From positions 181 through 64,180 of the forward strand of contig JAEEOQ010000099.1 of assembly GCA_016284355.1 (NCBI GenBank): a stretch of DNA of 64,000 nt, written 5' to 3'. The notes under the pieces were generated by a model. That model ran no database searches and was not told the DNA's origin. It worked only from the letters and a program-made list of their open reading frames with translations. This DNA comes from Lachnospiraceae bacterium (GTDB taxonomy: Bacteria; Bacillota; Clostridia; Lachnospirales; Lachnospiraceae). Numbering within the stretch: position 1 is the first letter of the stretch; every line of letters begins with the position of its first letter. This document shows positions 22,616 through 32,422 of this stretch, piece after piece. Position numbers and translations under genes: made by a program.

Positions 22616-23947
22616 CTAGCGGGCATTTTTGTGGTACTTATTTGCAAAATACAGAGGAATGAATATCAGGAATGATATGCATCCTGCCGCATAAAACAGG
22701 GTTTCTGTCGGAAGATACTCTTTTAGCCCGTATTCATTTACGATCTCGCCGCTCTTTTTGATGATCGGGTTTGAAATAAGCGGAGCCACGATCATAGGGA
22801 TCAGCACAAAGAAAAGGATCCTTATGCCCTCAAACTGGCCCTTTGTTTCCTTCGGGTAAAGGCCCTTTGCCCACACAGATATGGTCTGCAGGAAAGTTAC
22901 GTAACCGACTCCGATAAAGAACACGCAAAGCAGCATAACAGGGTTCAAGATGGTTCCTGTGTTTACTGTCTCCGGGCGGACCGTAATTGCAAGGATAAAT
23001 ACTCCTAAGATATTGAAAATAACGGAAACAAACGCTATCGGAGCGTAGATTCCCTTATTTATAAGCTTTGTAGCCGGGATAACCGTAAGCATGGCAAGCA
23101 CGAGGGCAAGACCCTCGATATATCCCATCATATCAGGCGTAAAGCCAAGGTAGTAGATCATAAAGTTGCCAAGATGGGTAAAATACATGTTAAACGCTAT
23201 AAAATAGGCGGCAAGAGTGAGATTTACCCACACAAGTTCCTTAAGTTCAAAATACTTTTTGAAATTGAACACGCTTGCAAACTGCTGCCAGAATCCGCCA
23301 TTTACGTATGGTTTAAGGTCAGGCGCATCCTTCATGCAAAACAGAGCAAGGATGCCGCAAAGTATTACAAATACGCCCATTGATACAAAGAGACGCATGT
23401 AGTTATTTTCGCTTCCCACAAGCATTCCGCCTACAACGGTTCCCACGATTGTTCCAATAATTGGCTGGGTGGCGAGAGCCGCGCCGATCTGGCCTCTGTT
23501 AGAGTCGTTCATGTGGTCGTTCATCCAGGCGTTAAATCCGGAATCATTTCCCATAGATCCAAAGAAACTCATTATCGCATCCGCACAGACAACAGCCATA
23601 CCTGCCACAAGAAGAGTATTTGCCGCAGGGCTTTTAGCGCCCTTTGTGATAAATTCCGTAAGGCCAAAAACTATGGTAAAGATGCCCCAGAAAATGTAAC
23701 CTACGGCAACAGCAAACTTTCTTCTACCTTTCCTGTCTACCATAGTTCCCGTAACAAATGTAGAAATCGTGGTGGCTGTGGCAGAGATTGCTACCATCCA
23801 GGAAATGATAGTAGGGTCTTTTGCAATCTTTTCGTACACAAATGTGTTAAACCACTGATTTTCCATGTTCCAGCAAAGCTGTCCGGCAAGCCCAAGGCCC
23901 CAGACTAACAGCCAGAAATTAAATCCGTTTTTCTTTTCGTTTCCCAT
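22616..23947 (-). CDS. MFS transporter
   Basis: Twelve predicted TM segments and an MFS loop motif (MVDRKGRRKF). The substrate cannot be inferred. Confidence 0.8.
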   Translation of the reverse strand: MGNEKKNGFNFWLLVWGLGLAGQLCWNMENQWFNTFVYEKIAKDPTIISWMVAISATATTISTFVTGTMVDRKGRRKFAVAVGYIFWGIFTIVFGLTEFITKGAKSPAANTLLVAGMAVVCADAIMSFFGSMGNDSGFNAWMNDHMNDSNRGQIGAALATQPIIGTIVGTVVGGMLVGSENNYMRLFVSMGVFVILCGILALFCMKDAPDLKPYVNGGFWQQFASVFNFKKYFELKELVWVNLTLAAYFIAFNMYFTHLGNFMIYYLGFTPDMMGYIEGLALVLAMLTVIPATKLINKGIYAPIAFVSVIFNILGVFILAITVRPETVNTGTILNPVMLLCVFFIGVGYVTFLQTISVWAKGLYPKETKGQFEGIRILFFVLIPMIVAPLISNPIIKKSGEIVNEYGLKEYLPTETLFYAAGCISFLIFIPLYFANKYHKNAR

Positions 23948-24004
23948 AATGATCTCCTCTAAAAAAATATTAAAAATGAGCGCTTTAACCCCGGCATAAA
24001 GTGG

Positions 24005-24613
24005 TCATTTGATTACCAGGATATTTGAAAACAGCGGGTTGCTGGTTCGTTTCATGTATTTTTCGTACTCTGCTTTGTCTATGTCAAACTTCTTTCCCCA
24101 GGAGGACACGGCAAGCTTATCTTCCGTCATATTTGTTATGGTAACGTAGTGGGCTCTTGCCTTATCGTTAACCTTTCCTGTCATAGCAACTGACTCTTTG
24201 CCTGTCAGGATCCTGTTATTGGGGCCTATAGCAAGCACCACAGGCCAGCCCTTATCAAGCATCTTTCCTGCGGTCTCCCAGATATGAGAAGGAAGGCAAC
24301 CCCAGAACGCCCTATGGGGCAGTCCGTTTCTTATAAAATACGCATTTGCACCAAATGCAAGCTCAAGGCCGTTTATTCCAAAGCCGGGAACCACAGGCAG
24401 GTACCACTTTTGCAGCTTTTCCGCAAGATGCATAAAACGCGCCTTGCTTATAGATGCATTATCAAGTTCCTTTGTAAGGATGCAGTTTGCAAGAGCGATA
24501 ACGCCGCAAGCATAATCTTTTAGGCGCCTGCTCTCAAACCAGGCCTGATCTCCGCCGTAATACTCTTTTTTGCATGCCTCATCAATTACCGAAATAATAC
24601 GATCTTCATCCAT
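24005..24613 (-). CDS. Hypothetical protein, possible C39-like/papain-like cysteine peptidase fold
   Basis: A candidate Cys motif (DYACGVIALANCIL) and a His motif (AHYVTITN) at spacing compatible with C39-like peptidases. I place the start at MDEDRI, after the upstream stop at 24630. This is a weak call. Confidence 0.4.
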   Translation of the reverse strand: MDEDRIISVIDEACKKEYYGGDQAWFESRRLKDYACGVIALANCILTKELDNASISKARFMHLAEKLQKWYLPVVPGFGINGLELAFGANAYFIRNGLPHRAFWGCLPSHIWETAGKMLDKGWPVVLAIGPNNRILTGKESVAMTGKVNDKARAHYVTITNMTEDKLAVSSWGKKFDIDKAEYEKYMKRTSNPLFSNILVIK

Positions 24614-24629
24614 ATTTTTTACCCTTGGT

Positions 24630-25532
24630 TTATCTAAACTTATATCCATATTTCGTAGCGACCTCAAGAGGTACTTCCATGCGGCAGGTTCGTTTAGGAT
24701 CTACGCACTGGCAGATCTCAAGATTTCCAACTGCGCTAAGTAAAAACCCTGCATCATGCATATCGATTCCCACTTCATCAATCAAAAATTCGCGCATAAG
24801 TAGCGTAGCTCCGTCTGCAGCCTCATCTACAGTCTCCGCGGAATATATCGTCATCATATCATTGCCGTCAATAAGGAAAGGCGTCTTGTATTTGCAATCT
24901 TTAAGCACGGTAACCTTCGCCTCAACCTCGCCAGCAATCTCGATGCCGCATACACATACTTCTCCGTTTCCCATACGGGCATGCAGATCGCCCATGGCAA
25001 GCAGGGCTCCCGGCACATTTACAGGAAGATACAGCGTTGCCCCTTCGCGAATACGGTTACAGTCCATATTTCCGCCGTGATAGTCCGGCGTGCTTGTTGA
25101 AATGCTCTCGCCCTTCTTTGGCGCAGTCCCGATAACACCGATCATAGGGTCTATCTTAAACTTTAATAAATCATTTAATACAAATTCATCTCCTACGATA
25201 GGGATGATCTTTGCGGCCTCATCAGTAAGAGCTTTTCCGGTAACACCTTCGCCGGCGCCTTCGTAAATCACGCCATGATCAGCAATGGTGATCCTTTTGA
25301 TCTCCACCTTAAGTACATCTCCTGCTTCCGCTCCCTCAACAAAAAGAGGGCCTGTTGCAAGGTTCATCCTGCCATCATCAAGCTCTTTATTTACATCTGC
25401 CTCGCATTCAATCTGACCGCCAAAACAGTCAACAGTCTCAAAAACCACGGTATCTCCCGGCTTGCAAAAAAGCGCAGGCTCGTTATCTGCCGTCATATAT
25501 CTTACAGAAGTTTTTGCTGATATCTTTAACAT
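24630..25532 (-). CDS. Acetamidase/formamidase family protein
   Basis: Family-typical segments: DYHGGNMDCNRIREGATLYLPVNVPGALLAMGDLHARMGNGEV. Confidence 0.8.
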   Translation of the reverse strand: MLKISAKTSVRYMTADNEPALFCKPGDTVVFETVDCFGGQIECEADVNKELDDGRMNLATGPLFVEGAEAGDVLKVEIKRITIADHGVIYEGAGEGVTGKALTDEAAKIIPIVGDEFVLNDLLKFKIDPMIGVIGTAPKKGESISTSTPDYHGGNMDCNRIREGATLYLPVNVPGALLAMGDLHARMGNGEVCVCGIEIAGEVEAKVTVLKDCKYKTPFLIDGNDMMTIYSAETVDEAADGATLLMREFLIDEVGIDMHDAGFLLSAVGNLEICQCVDPKRTCRMEVPLEVATKYGYKFR

Positions 25533-25544
25533 TTTTCATTCTCC

Positions 25545-25850
25545 TTAAATGCGGATAAGAAGCATATATGCTGCTGTTCCAAACAAAATGCTAAGCACGG
25601 CATTTCTTTTTATGGCCTGCAACGCCACCACCAAAATACCCGCTATAAGCTCCGGTATGCCGTGAGAACCCGAAGATATATCCACATCCTTAAGACAGTA
25701 TACCACTAAAAGCCCTATCATGGCACTAGGAAGTACTTTCCCAAGGTATTTTATGTATTTTGGAGTTTTTTTGCTAAACACTAAAAAGGGCAAAAATCTG
25801 AGGGCGCAGGTGGTAAGCGCCATAGCTAAGATCAGTATCGGTGCTCTCAT
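25545..25850 (-). CDS. azlD: Branched-chain amino acid transport protein AzlD
   Basis: Hydrophobic protein of about 100 aa immediately downstream of azlC with an ATGA overlap. Confidence 0.8.
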   Translation of the reverse strand: MRAPILILAMALTTCALRFLPFLVFSKKTPKYIKYLGKVLPSAMIGLLVVYCLKDVDISSGSHGIPELIAGILVVALQAIKRNAVLSILFGTAAYMLLIRI

Positions 25851-26515
25851 CACGCCTTCTCCTCTCTGCTTCTTATAAGAGTAAGTACAAGGGTGATAAG
25901 AAGCATTGCAGGTATAAGAAACCTGTCAGGTCCAAAAAGCACAAGAGAAAAAACTGTGCACAAAATGCCTGTAAGCGCCGGAATGTGGTCTTTGCTCTCT
26001 ATCCACTGCTCCGTAAATGAGGCAATAAAAAGTGCCGTCATGGAAAACTCGATGCCCTTTGTAGAAAAAGGAAGTACTGCGCCCAAAGCGCTTCCGATAA
26101 CGCTTCCCAAAACCCAATAAATATGGTTAAACATCGAAACAAGAAAGCGGTAACGGTTATCACTTTCGGGGTCACTGCTAAGAAGTGAGTATGTTTCATC
26201 TGTAAGCGCAAAGATAAGGTACGGCTTATACTTGCCCGCACCTTTATATTTTCCTATCATAGATATGCTGTAAAATAAGTGCCTTGCATTTACCATAAAT
26301 GTGGTAATGACAGTCGTAAGCACCGTTGCGCCGCCCGTAATAAGGCCGATACCGACATATTGCATAGAACCCGCGTAAATAAGCAGACTCATGGCAAGCG
26401 CATAAATAACTCCGTATCCGGCATCCTTAAGCATGATCCCAAAGCCCATTCCAAGGACCATGTATCCCGCCATAACCGGAACTGACCTTAAAAAGGCCTT
26501 TTTAACGATATTCAT
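25850..26515 (-). CDS. azlC: AzlC family branched-chain amino acid exporter subunit
   Basis: A 221-aa polytopic protein with AzlC-like N-terminal sequence (VPVMAGYMVLGMGFGIML), paired with azlD. Confidence 0.8.
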   Translation of the reverse strand: MNIVKKAFLRSVPVMAGYMVLGMGFGIMLKDAGYGVIYALAMSLLIYAGSMQYVGIGLITGGATVLTTVITTFMVNARHLFYSISMIGKYKGAGKYKPYLIFALTDETYSLLSSDPESDNRYRFLVSMFNHIYWVLGSVIGSALGAVLPFSTKGIEFSMTALFIASFTEQWIESKDHIPALTGILCTVFSLVLFGPDRFLIPAMLLITLVLTLIRSREEKA

Positions 26516-26553
26516 AGTATAAATCTCTCCCCCTTATTTCCCTCGCAAGCAGT

Positions 26554-26757
26554 TTATTCTTCGTCAGTGTAATATTCAATCTTTGCAGCTGCTGCCTCGT
26601 TACACTCCGCTATTTCCTTTTTGCCGTCGATATAATCTCTATATATCTCCCATATATCCACGTCCGCATCATCCATGCTCTCATCTTCCGGCTGCCAGGA
26701 TCTTATAAGCGCGATGCGCTGCTCTTTTGTAGTATTTTTAATGCTGTATTCGTCCAT
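26554..26757 (-). CDS. Small acidic hypothetical protein (67 aa)
   Basis: ATG at 26757 preceded by AGGAAGG. No family recognised. Confidence 0.5.
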   Translation of the reverse strand: MDEYSIKNTTKEQRIALIRSWQPEDESMDDADVDIWEIYRDYIDGKKEIAECNEAAAAKIEYYTDEE

Positions 26758-26782
26758 ATATTCACGCCTTCCTAACACTCAA

Positions 26783-26810
26783 ACCGGCAAAAGACTGTCC
26801 CTTTTGTGGT
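26783..26810. repeat. Degenerate copy of the ACCAAAAGGGA-CTG-TCCCTTTTGGT hairpin
   Basis: Reads ACCGGCAAAAGACTGTCCCTTTTGTGGT. Compare 32398-32422 and 38118-38144. Confidence 0.4.
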
Positions 26811-26816
26811 TAGAGT

Positions 26817-26903
26817 AATAATTTCATCTCCGCCTCAATCTTATCTACCAGTGTAAGATCTGCAGACAGCCAGTGCACGCTTCTCAGCGTCTCTTTTGTG
26901 ATG
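26817..26903 (-). pseudogene. Remnant of a NUDIX hydrolase 3' end (about 27 codons)
   Basis: 26821-26893 is about 88 percent identical by my hand alignment to 31783-31855, the 3' end of the intact NUDIX gene. In frame it reads ITKETLRSVHWLSADLTLVDKIEAEMK, versus TKETLRSVQWLPADLTLINKIEAEMK in the intact gene. No upstream coding part remains. Confidence 0.55.
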
Positions 26904-26977
26904 GAACGTAGGATAATCTTTCTTTTCTTAATGTGCCCGGAAATCCATCACTGCAATCTGATTTATTGGCGGAAATC

Positions 26978-27955
26978 TCATGACCATCTGTTAAAGCGTA
27001 CTCTTTCAGAAAAAGGCTTTTTACTCGGAGAATGGACTTCATCTGCCGCCTTTCCTACAGGAAGGATACATACAACATCATATTCCTTCGGTACATTCAG
27101 GACAGAAGCAATCTTATCGCAGATCCTGTCGTCATCGGTGATATGCCCTTCATACCAACAGCTCTGATAGCCCAACTCAACGATGGCAAGCAGCATATTC
27201 TCTATAGCCGCAGAATAATCCTGAACGGCAAAGCATCTGTCCCTGTATGCATTGATTCTTTTTGACAGGACAATGATCATGGCGGGAGCCGTCCCTGCGA
27301 CCGGAGGATCTATCTGCGCCTTTACCCGGGCAAGGATCTCAGGATCATTGACAATGATCACATCGGTAGTCTGTTTATTGCATCCTGACGGTGCATTTAT
27401 CCCTGCTCCTGCTATCGTTATAAGATCTTCTTCAGGTACATTTTCCTGCAAGTATGTCCCGCGATAACTGTGGCGTGCCTCTATCGTATTTACCGTGCTT
27501 TTCAAAGACATCACATAGATCTGGCAAGGATTCGCTTCATCCCAATAATCCGGTAATACTTCAAGCTCTTTAAAGCCAAGGCTCTTATAAAATTCATTTG
27601 TTATGTCATAATCCTCATATACACCTGATCGGACAGTCTTAACCTGAATGAATTCGTATCCTTTCCGGGCAGCATAATCTTTGGCCGCTGCAAAAAGCCT
27701 CCTTCCTATCCCCTTCCTGTGACACTCCTTGCGGACTCCCATTACGGCAAGTTCCATTGTCTCTTTCCCGGTCTCTTTAAGGCAAAGAAAACCTTCGTTA
27801 ATACCTTCATCAACAGAAGCCCAGAAAGGCTGTCCTGCCGAATCTGCGATATACTTTTCCCGGCTCTCTTCTACTTCAAACCAATCTGTCAGGGATTCAA
27901 GAATTTCTCTTGCAATCCTTCTTTTTTCATCAGCAGTTTCTATAAATCTGATCAT
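26978..27955 (-). CDS. GNAT acetyltransferase - nitroreductase fusion protein
   Basis: The N-terminal half has a GNAT motif A (VRKECHRKGIGRRLFAAA). The C-terminal half is nitroreductase-like (ARHSYRGTY ... INAPSGCNKQ). Confidence 0.75.
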   Translation of the reverse strand: MIRFIETADEKRRIAREILESLTDWFEVEESREKYIADSAGQPFWASVDEGINEGFLCLKETGKETMELAVMGVRKECHRKGIGRRLFAAAKDYAARKGYEFIQVKTVRSGVYEDYDITNEFYKSLGFKELEVLPDYWDEANPCQIYVMSLKSTVNTIEARHSYRGTYLQENVPEEDLITIAGAGINAPSGCNKQTTDVIIVNDPEILARVKAQIDPPVAGTAPAMIIVLSKRINAYRDRCFAVQDYSAAIENMLLAIVELGYQSCWYEGHITDDDRICDKIASVLNVPKEYDVVCILPVGKAADEVHSPSKKPFSERVRFNRWS

Positions 27956-28000
27956 TTATTCTCCTTTTCTGTGGAATCCGGATAATCCAAGCGCTAACCC

Positions 28001-28861
28001 TCAATCCTTTTCGTAGTACACAATATCCATCCTCTCATTGATCTTATCGACCCGGCCTGTCTGATGATAGCCAAGCTTCTCATAGAGATGAATATTGCCT
28101 TTTTCCTGCAGAATAGTATCCAAACACCAGTGATCCGAACCATATATCTTTTCAGCCGCCAGAATTGCCTGCTGCGCATAGCCTTTATTTCGATACTCTG
28201 GCATGATCCAGATTGGTGATATACGTTTTCTGCTGCCATCCTGTTTGTCTACTACTCGAATGGCTCCAACTTTTATTCCGCCTGCAATAATAAAGTAATA
28301 CTTTGTCCATGGCTGCTCGAATCTGGCTATGACTTTATCAATGCTTTCAGCAGCGGGACTCAAATCAAAATCCTGATATTTGTCCAGAAGATCCGTGAAT
28401 GCCTCGACCTGCATTCTCCATAAAAGCTCAATATCCGCTTTCTGCACCGGATCCAATTTCACCATTTTGCCGGTAAGATTCTTCTCTTTTTCAAAAAATG
28501 CCGTTTTTAACCTCTCGTATTCATCGTCAGTACAGACCTTACGGCACATCGGCTCAAAGGATTTTGTCACCTCAAAACAATCTTTTATATTGTCGCAAGG
28601 ATACTCAGGGCACTCACCGCAGGTTTTTATCCCTCGGTCCACGCAGCATTTTATTACCCGGTATCTGCACCAGTTTTCGGGCTTACAACCATGACAAGAT
28701 ATCTCTTCATTTGACACAATATGATCCCGATAACCGATCTTCATCCATAATTCTGCGGTCTTACGCAGCTCTTCATCTGTTTTCTCATACGGATGTGCCG
28801 TATACCTCGGGCAGGCGGCGCAATCATTTCCGCATGCAGCTATGATCTTATCTTCCATCAT
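28001..28861 (-). CDS. DUF3795-like Cys-rich domain - GNAT acetyltransferase fusion protein
   Basis: The N-terminus reads CGNDCAACPRY ... CHGCK ... CGECPEYPC. The C-terminal GNAT has IMPEYRNKGYAQQAI. Confidence 0.7.
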   Translation of the reverse strand: MMEDKIIAACGNDCAACPRYTAHPYEKTDEELRKTAELWMKIGYRDHIVSNEEISCHGCKPENWCRYRVIKCCVDRGIKTCGECPEYPCDNIKDCFEVTKSFEPMCRKVCTDDEYERLKTAFFEKEKNLTGKMVKLDPVQKADIELLWRMQVEAFTDLLDKYQDFDLSPAAESIDKVIARFEQPWTKYYFIIAGGIKVGAIRVVDKQDGSRKRISPIWIMPEYRNKGYAQQAILAAEKIYGSDHWCLDTILQEKGNIHLYEKLGYHQTGRVDKINERMDIVYYEKD

Positions 28862-28916
28862 TTTTACTTCCTTTTCTTAGGAGCCGGATGTTCTGTCACC
28901 TATGAAGCCATCTGCC

Positions 28917-29363
28917 TTATTTCTCCATTCCCAGCCACTGAATAAAGGCTGTCTTGTCGCTGCTGTTGTATCCGGCTTTTTCATAAAACCGAAGAGTCTC
29001 CGGCTTCTTTGAACCTGTCAGTAGCATCATCTTATAGCAGTTCTCTTTTTCTGCAATCTCCCTGGCAAACTCAAGGCACTCACCGGCATAGCCCTTTCCC
29101 CGATACTCCTCACGTGTCACCACGTTCTCAATAAAAGCGTAGGGACGGATATTCCTTGTCAGATTTGGGATTATCACGCACACGCAAGATGAAACGATCT
29201 TACCATCCACCTCGTTCACGATCAGATGGTGATTTGGATCCTGTATTATCTGAAGCCATGTATCTCTTAAATGCTCATCTTTTTCAGGGATACTATCCTC
29301 ATGCAGAAACAGATACAGTTCAAGTATTGCATCCAGATCACTTTGTTCAGCTTCTCTAACCAT
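28917..29363 (-). CDS. GNAT family N-acetyltransferase
   Basis: 148 aa with motif A (TREEYRGKGYAGECL). Confidence 0.8.
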   Translation of the reverse strand: MVREAEQSDLDAILELYLFLHEDSIPEKDEHLRDTWLQIIQDPNHHLIVNEVDGKIVSSCVCVIIPNLTRNIRPYAFIENVVTREEYRGKGYAGECLEFAREIAEKENCYKMMLLTGSKKPETLRFYEKAGYNSSDKTAFIQWLGMEK

Positions 29364-30158
29364 TTATACCTTCTTTCGTAGCACTGCAAGAGCTGCATAG
29401 TGTAGGACTTCAAAATGCTCCGGCGCAATCCTGTCCAATAGCTCCTTGTGTTCTTTATCCCACTTGACCAACTCTTCCTCTGACAACGAAGCTCCCACAC
29501 CTCTGCAGGCTCGCATCCTCCCATGCCAGGATTCCTTGGTAAACGGTACCATCAGATCATATTCCTCATGGTCTTCCATCTCAAAAAATTCATATGCAAT
29601 ATCCGGAATCCAGATCGGATGCCTTGTTTCCCCGGCACCTGACCACATTGGGCTGTACTTAAGCACAAGTTCTTCGCTTGCACCTGCAATAATGTCTTCA
29701 TACGGAAGCCATGCCATATAAAGAATGAGCAGCTTTCCATCTGTTTTCAAAAATTCTGCCAGTTTCGGCATAACTTTTTCATGATCAAAATACCAGAAAC
29801 ACTGGCAGGCTGTGATCACATCAAAGGTCTCTGCCGCAAAATCCAGTTGTTCTGTCGAAACAGCCTGAAAATCTATCCTCATATTTGAAGCGGAAGCCAG
29901 TACCTTTGCCTTTTCAATCTGTTCCGGCGAAATATCTGTTCCTGTCCATTCTGCCCCATATTTATACATATTTCTCGGTAGCACACCGGTTCCGGTTCCA
30001 ATATCCAGAACCCTCTGTCCTTTTATGCAGAGACCTCTTTTCACGATCTTCTGATAAAATTCTTCCGGATAGATATCTCTATACCTGGCATATTCTTCAG
30101 AAGTTCTTCCCCAGTCAAAAGCTTTTCCTGCATCTATTCGAGCATCTTTTATTTCCAT
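29364..30158 (-). CDS. Class I SAM-dependent methyltransferase
   Basis: Motif I (VLDIGTGTGVLP) and a post-I acidic residue (GTDISPEQ). Confidence 0.85.
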   Translation of the reverse strand: MEIKDARIDAGKAFDWGRTSEEYARYRDIYPEEFYQKIVKRGLCIKGQRVLDIGTGTGVLPRNMYKYGAEWTGTDISPEQIEKAKVLASASNMRIDFQAVSTEQLDFAAETFDVITACQCFWYFDHEKVMPKLAEFLKTDGKLLILYMAWLPYEDIIAGASEELVLKYSPMWSGAGETRHPIWIPDIAYEFFEMEDHEEYDLMVPFTKESWHGRMRACRGVGASLSEEELVKWDKEHKELLDRIAPEHFEVLHYAALAVLRKKV

Positions 30159-30162
30159 TCAC

Positions 30163-30699
30163 CTATACCCCCTCAAATGATTTATCAGATCTGTTACCAT
30201 CTCTCGATCTTCCATCAATTTCACTCTTTCTTTTCTTAAGGTGCCGATTACGCACCAGAACCATACACTCATCCGAATCCTTAAAACCACATTTCCTGTA
30301 AAGCGGTCTCCCGGATTCTGTGGCGTCAAGGCTTATTTCTGTAGCACCTCTGTTCCATGCCTCTTCGATAAGCATGGTAGTCATTTTATACGCTATACCC
30401 TGCCGCCGGTATGCACCATTCGTATATACATTCATAAGATGTGCACGTTTTCCAGTCGGATGAGAGAATGTCGGCATAAGTTCCATAAAACAAATAGAAC
30501 CGCATCCAACAACAATATTGTCCCGAAGTGCAAGCACCGTTATCTGGTCACCTTTCAGAAAATATTCTCTGCTTGCCTGCACAAAGTCTTCTCCAAAAAC
30601 AAAATCATCTCCCAGATTATTTACAACTCGAAGCATTTCCAGTCCACTCTCTACGAGAGCATCAATATCAGGAACTGCAGCAAATCGATACTCTATCAT
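30163..30699 (-). CDS. GNAT family N-acetyltransferase
   Basis: Motif A (AYRRQGIAYKM). I place the start at MIEYRF, giving an ATGA overlap with the upstream stop. Confidence 0.75.
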   Translation of the reverse strand: MIEYRFAAVPDIDALVESGLEMLRVVNNLGDDFVFGEDFVQASREYFLKGDQITVLALRDNIVVGCGSICFMELMPTFSHPTGKRAHLMNVYTNGAYRRQGIAYKMTTMLIEEAWNRGATEISLDATESGRPLYRKCGFKDSDECMVLVRNRHLKKRKSEIDGRSRDGNRSDKSFEGV

Positions 30700-31736
30700 T
30701 TCATAGTCTCCCAATCTTCCTTCGTCATCAGGCTCACATGGCCTGTCCTCTTCTCCTTCATCAGCGGTACATCCACATTCTCAGATTTCCACTGATACTT
30801 AAAGCCACATTTCTCCTGGACACGCTTGGACTTGGCATTGCCTTCATAATATCCGATCCAGACCTTCTGCATACCTAAGTCCTCAAAAGCATGGCGAAGC
30901 ATTTCCTTCACAGCCTCAGGCATAATACCCTGACCCCAGAAGGGTTTTCCGAGCCAATATCCCATCTCGCACTCATCATCCCGGTCAGTCATATCGGTAT
31001 GACCGTTCAGCTTCAGTTCGATGGCACCGATTGCTATTCCATCCTCTTTCAGGCAGATGGCATAAGCTTCCTTACCGCTTAGAACATTCTTTATCACATC
31101 ACGGCTTTCCTCGATGTTCCGGTGAGGTGGCCATCCTGCAATCGGACCCACATCCGGATCACTGGCATATTTGTATAAATCCTCTGCATCGCTATCTTCC
31201 CAGCGGCGTAGGAACAGGCGGTCTGTTTCAAGCGTCCTTTTTATAAACAACTCCATATCCACACAATTCCAAATACCTATCGGCATTTCACATTTTCTCT
31301 GAGCATACTCTGTAAAACCTACGGCTTCATAACAATGCCTTGCGCTCTCATTATTCTCAAAAACGCCAAGATCAATGCGTGAAGCATGAAGGCGCTCCTT
31401 AACAAACTCTATGCCGGCCTTCAGCATTTTCTTGCCGTAGCCCTTTCCTCTGATATTTGGATCAACTATTACAAAGCCAAACCTTACTGAGCTGTCATCA
31501 TCCTCTTTCGGATAACGCACAATAAAATGCCCTACCACATTTCCCTCATCATCTACCGCCGTAAGCGGAAAGAAACGCCCCGACTTAACAGCCGGCTCAT
31601 AATTTGCAATAATGTCGTCCCCTTCAAGCGGAAACTTGTTAAACCTGTCCGCCGACCACCTGTATAACTCATCCTCAGACCGCAGCCACGAGGCAATGAT
31701 CGGTGCATCTTCATTTTTGAAATCTCTAAGAGTCAT
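30696..31736 (-). CDS. Tandem double-GNAT acetyltransferase
   Basis: Two GNAT units: PNIRGKGYGKKML in the first and a RimJ/RimL-like second half (WLGKPFWGQGIMPEA). Confidence 0.75.
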   Translation of the reverse strand: MTLRDFKNEDAPIIASWLRSEDELYRWSADRFNKFPLEGDDIIANYEPAVKSGRFFPLTAVDDEGNVVGHFIVRYPKEDDDSSVRFGFVIVDPNIRGKGYGKKMLKAGIEFVKERLHASRIDLGVFENNESARHCYEAVGFTEYAQRKCEMPIGIWNCVDMELFIKRTLETDRLFLRRWEDSDAEDLYKYASDPDVGPIAGWPPHRNIEESRDVIKNVLSGKEAYAICLKEDGIAIGAIELKLNGHTDMTDRDDECEMGYWLGKPFWGQGIMPEAVKEMLRHAFEDLGMQKVWIGYYEGNAKSKRVQEKCGFKYQWKSENVDVPLMKEKRTGHVSLMTKEDWETMK

Positions 31737-31780
31737 GTAACTTTCTCCTCATGTACCTGTTTGATTTTACAATCTTAGCT

Positions 31781-32383
31781 CTATTTCATCTCCGCCTCAA
31801 TCTTATTTATCAGGGTCAGATCTGCCGGCAGCCACTGCACGCTTCTCAGCGTCTCCTTCGTAAGCCACTTTGCGTCCTGAGCTTCTTTTAGTACAAGCTC
31901 TCCGCGTACAACCTCCGCCCAGAAGCAGTCCATAGAAAGATGAAATGTGGGATAGTCGTACTCGATGGTATGAATCAACTCTCCCACCTTGATCTCAGCA
32001 GTTAGCTCTTCTTTTATCTCACGAACTGTAGCTTCCTGAGGCGTCTCGCCTTCTTCAATCTTTCCGCCCGGGAACTCCCAGCCGCCTTTAAACTCGCCGT
32101 AACCTCTGGCTGTAGCAAAGATCTTTGTTTTGTTTTCGACAGAGTCACAGATAACAGCTGCCACAACGCGGACATACTTTAAAAGGCTGCCGTCCGGCAA
32201 AATACATACCTTCTTGCCCTCGGCTATGCCTCTTTCAGCTATTAACTTTTCCGTCATCTCCACATATTTTACTTCCGAAGAATCAATGGCACTGAGTTTT
32301 ACAAGAGCTGTCGGCTCCTTGCGTCCCGTTTCCTCACAGCCAAAATCCGCCTCGGTAATCTGGTTTACTAAATAAATACTCAT
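31781..32383 (-). CDS. NUDIX hydrolase (MutT-like) with an N-terminal extension
   Basis: Nudix box: GGWEFPGGKIEEGETPQEATVREIKEEL. Confidence 0.85.
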   Translation of the reverse strand: MSIYLVNQITEADFGCEETGRKEPTALVKLSAIDSSEVKYVEMTEKLIAERGIAEGKKVCILPDGSLLKYVRVVAAVICDSVENKTKIFATARGYGEFKGGWEFPGGKIEEGETPQEATVREIKEELTAEIKVGELIHTIEYDYPTFHLSMDCFWAEVVRGELVLKEAQDAKWLTKETLRSVQWLPADLTLINKIEAEMK

Positions 32384-32397
32384 AGTTTTTGTAAATG

Positions 32398-32422
32398 ACC
32401 AAAAGGGACTGTCCCTTTTGGT
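32398..32422. repeat. Perfect hairpin ACCAAAAGGGA-CTG-TCCCTTTTGGT
   Basis: An 11-bp stem with a 3-nt loop, between the helicase stop (32422) and the NUDIX start (32383). No flanking T-run. Confidence 0.6.
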
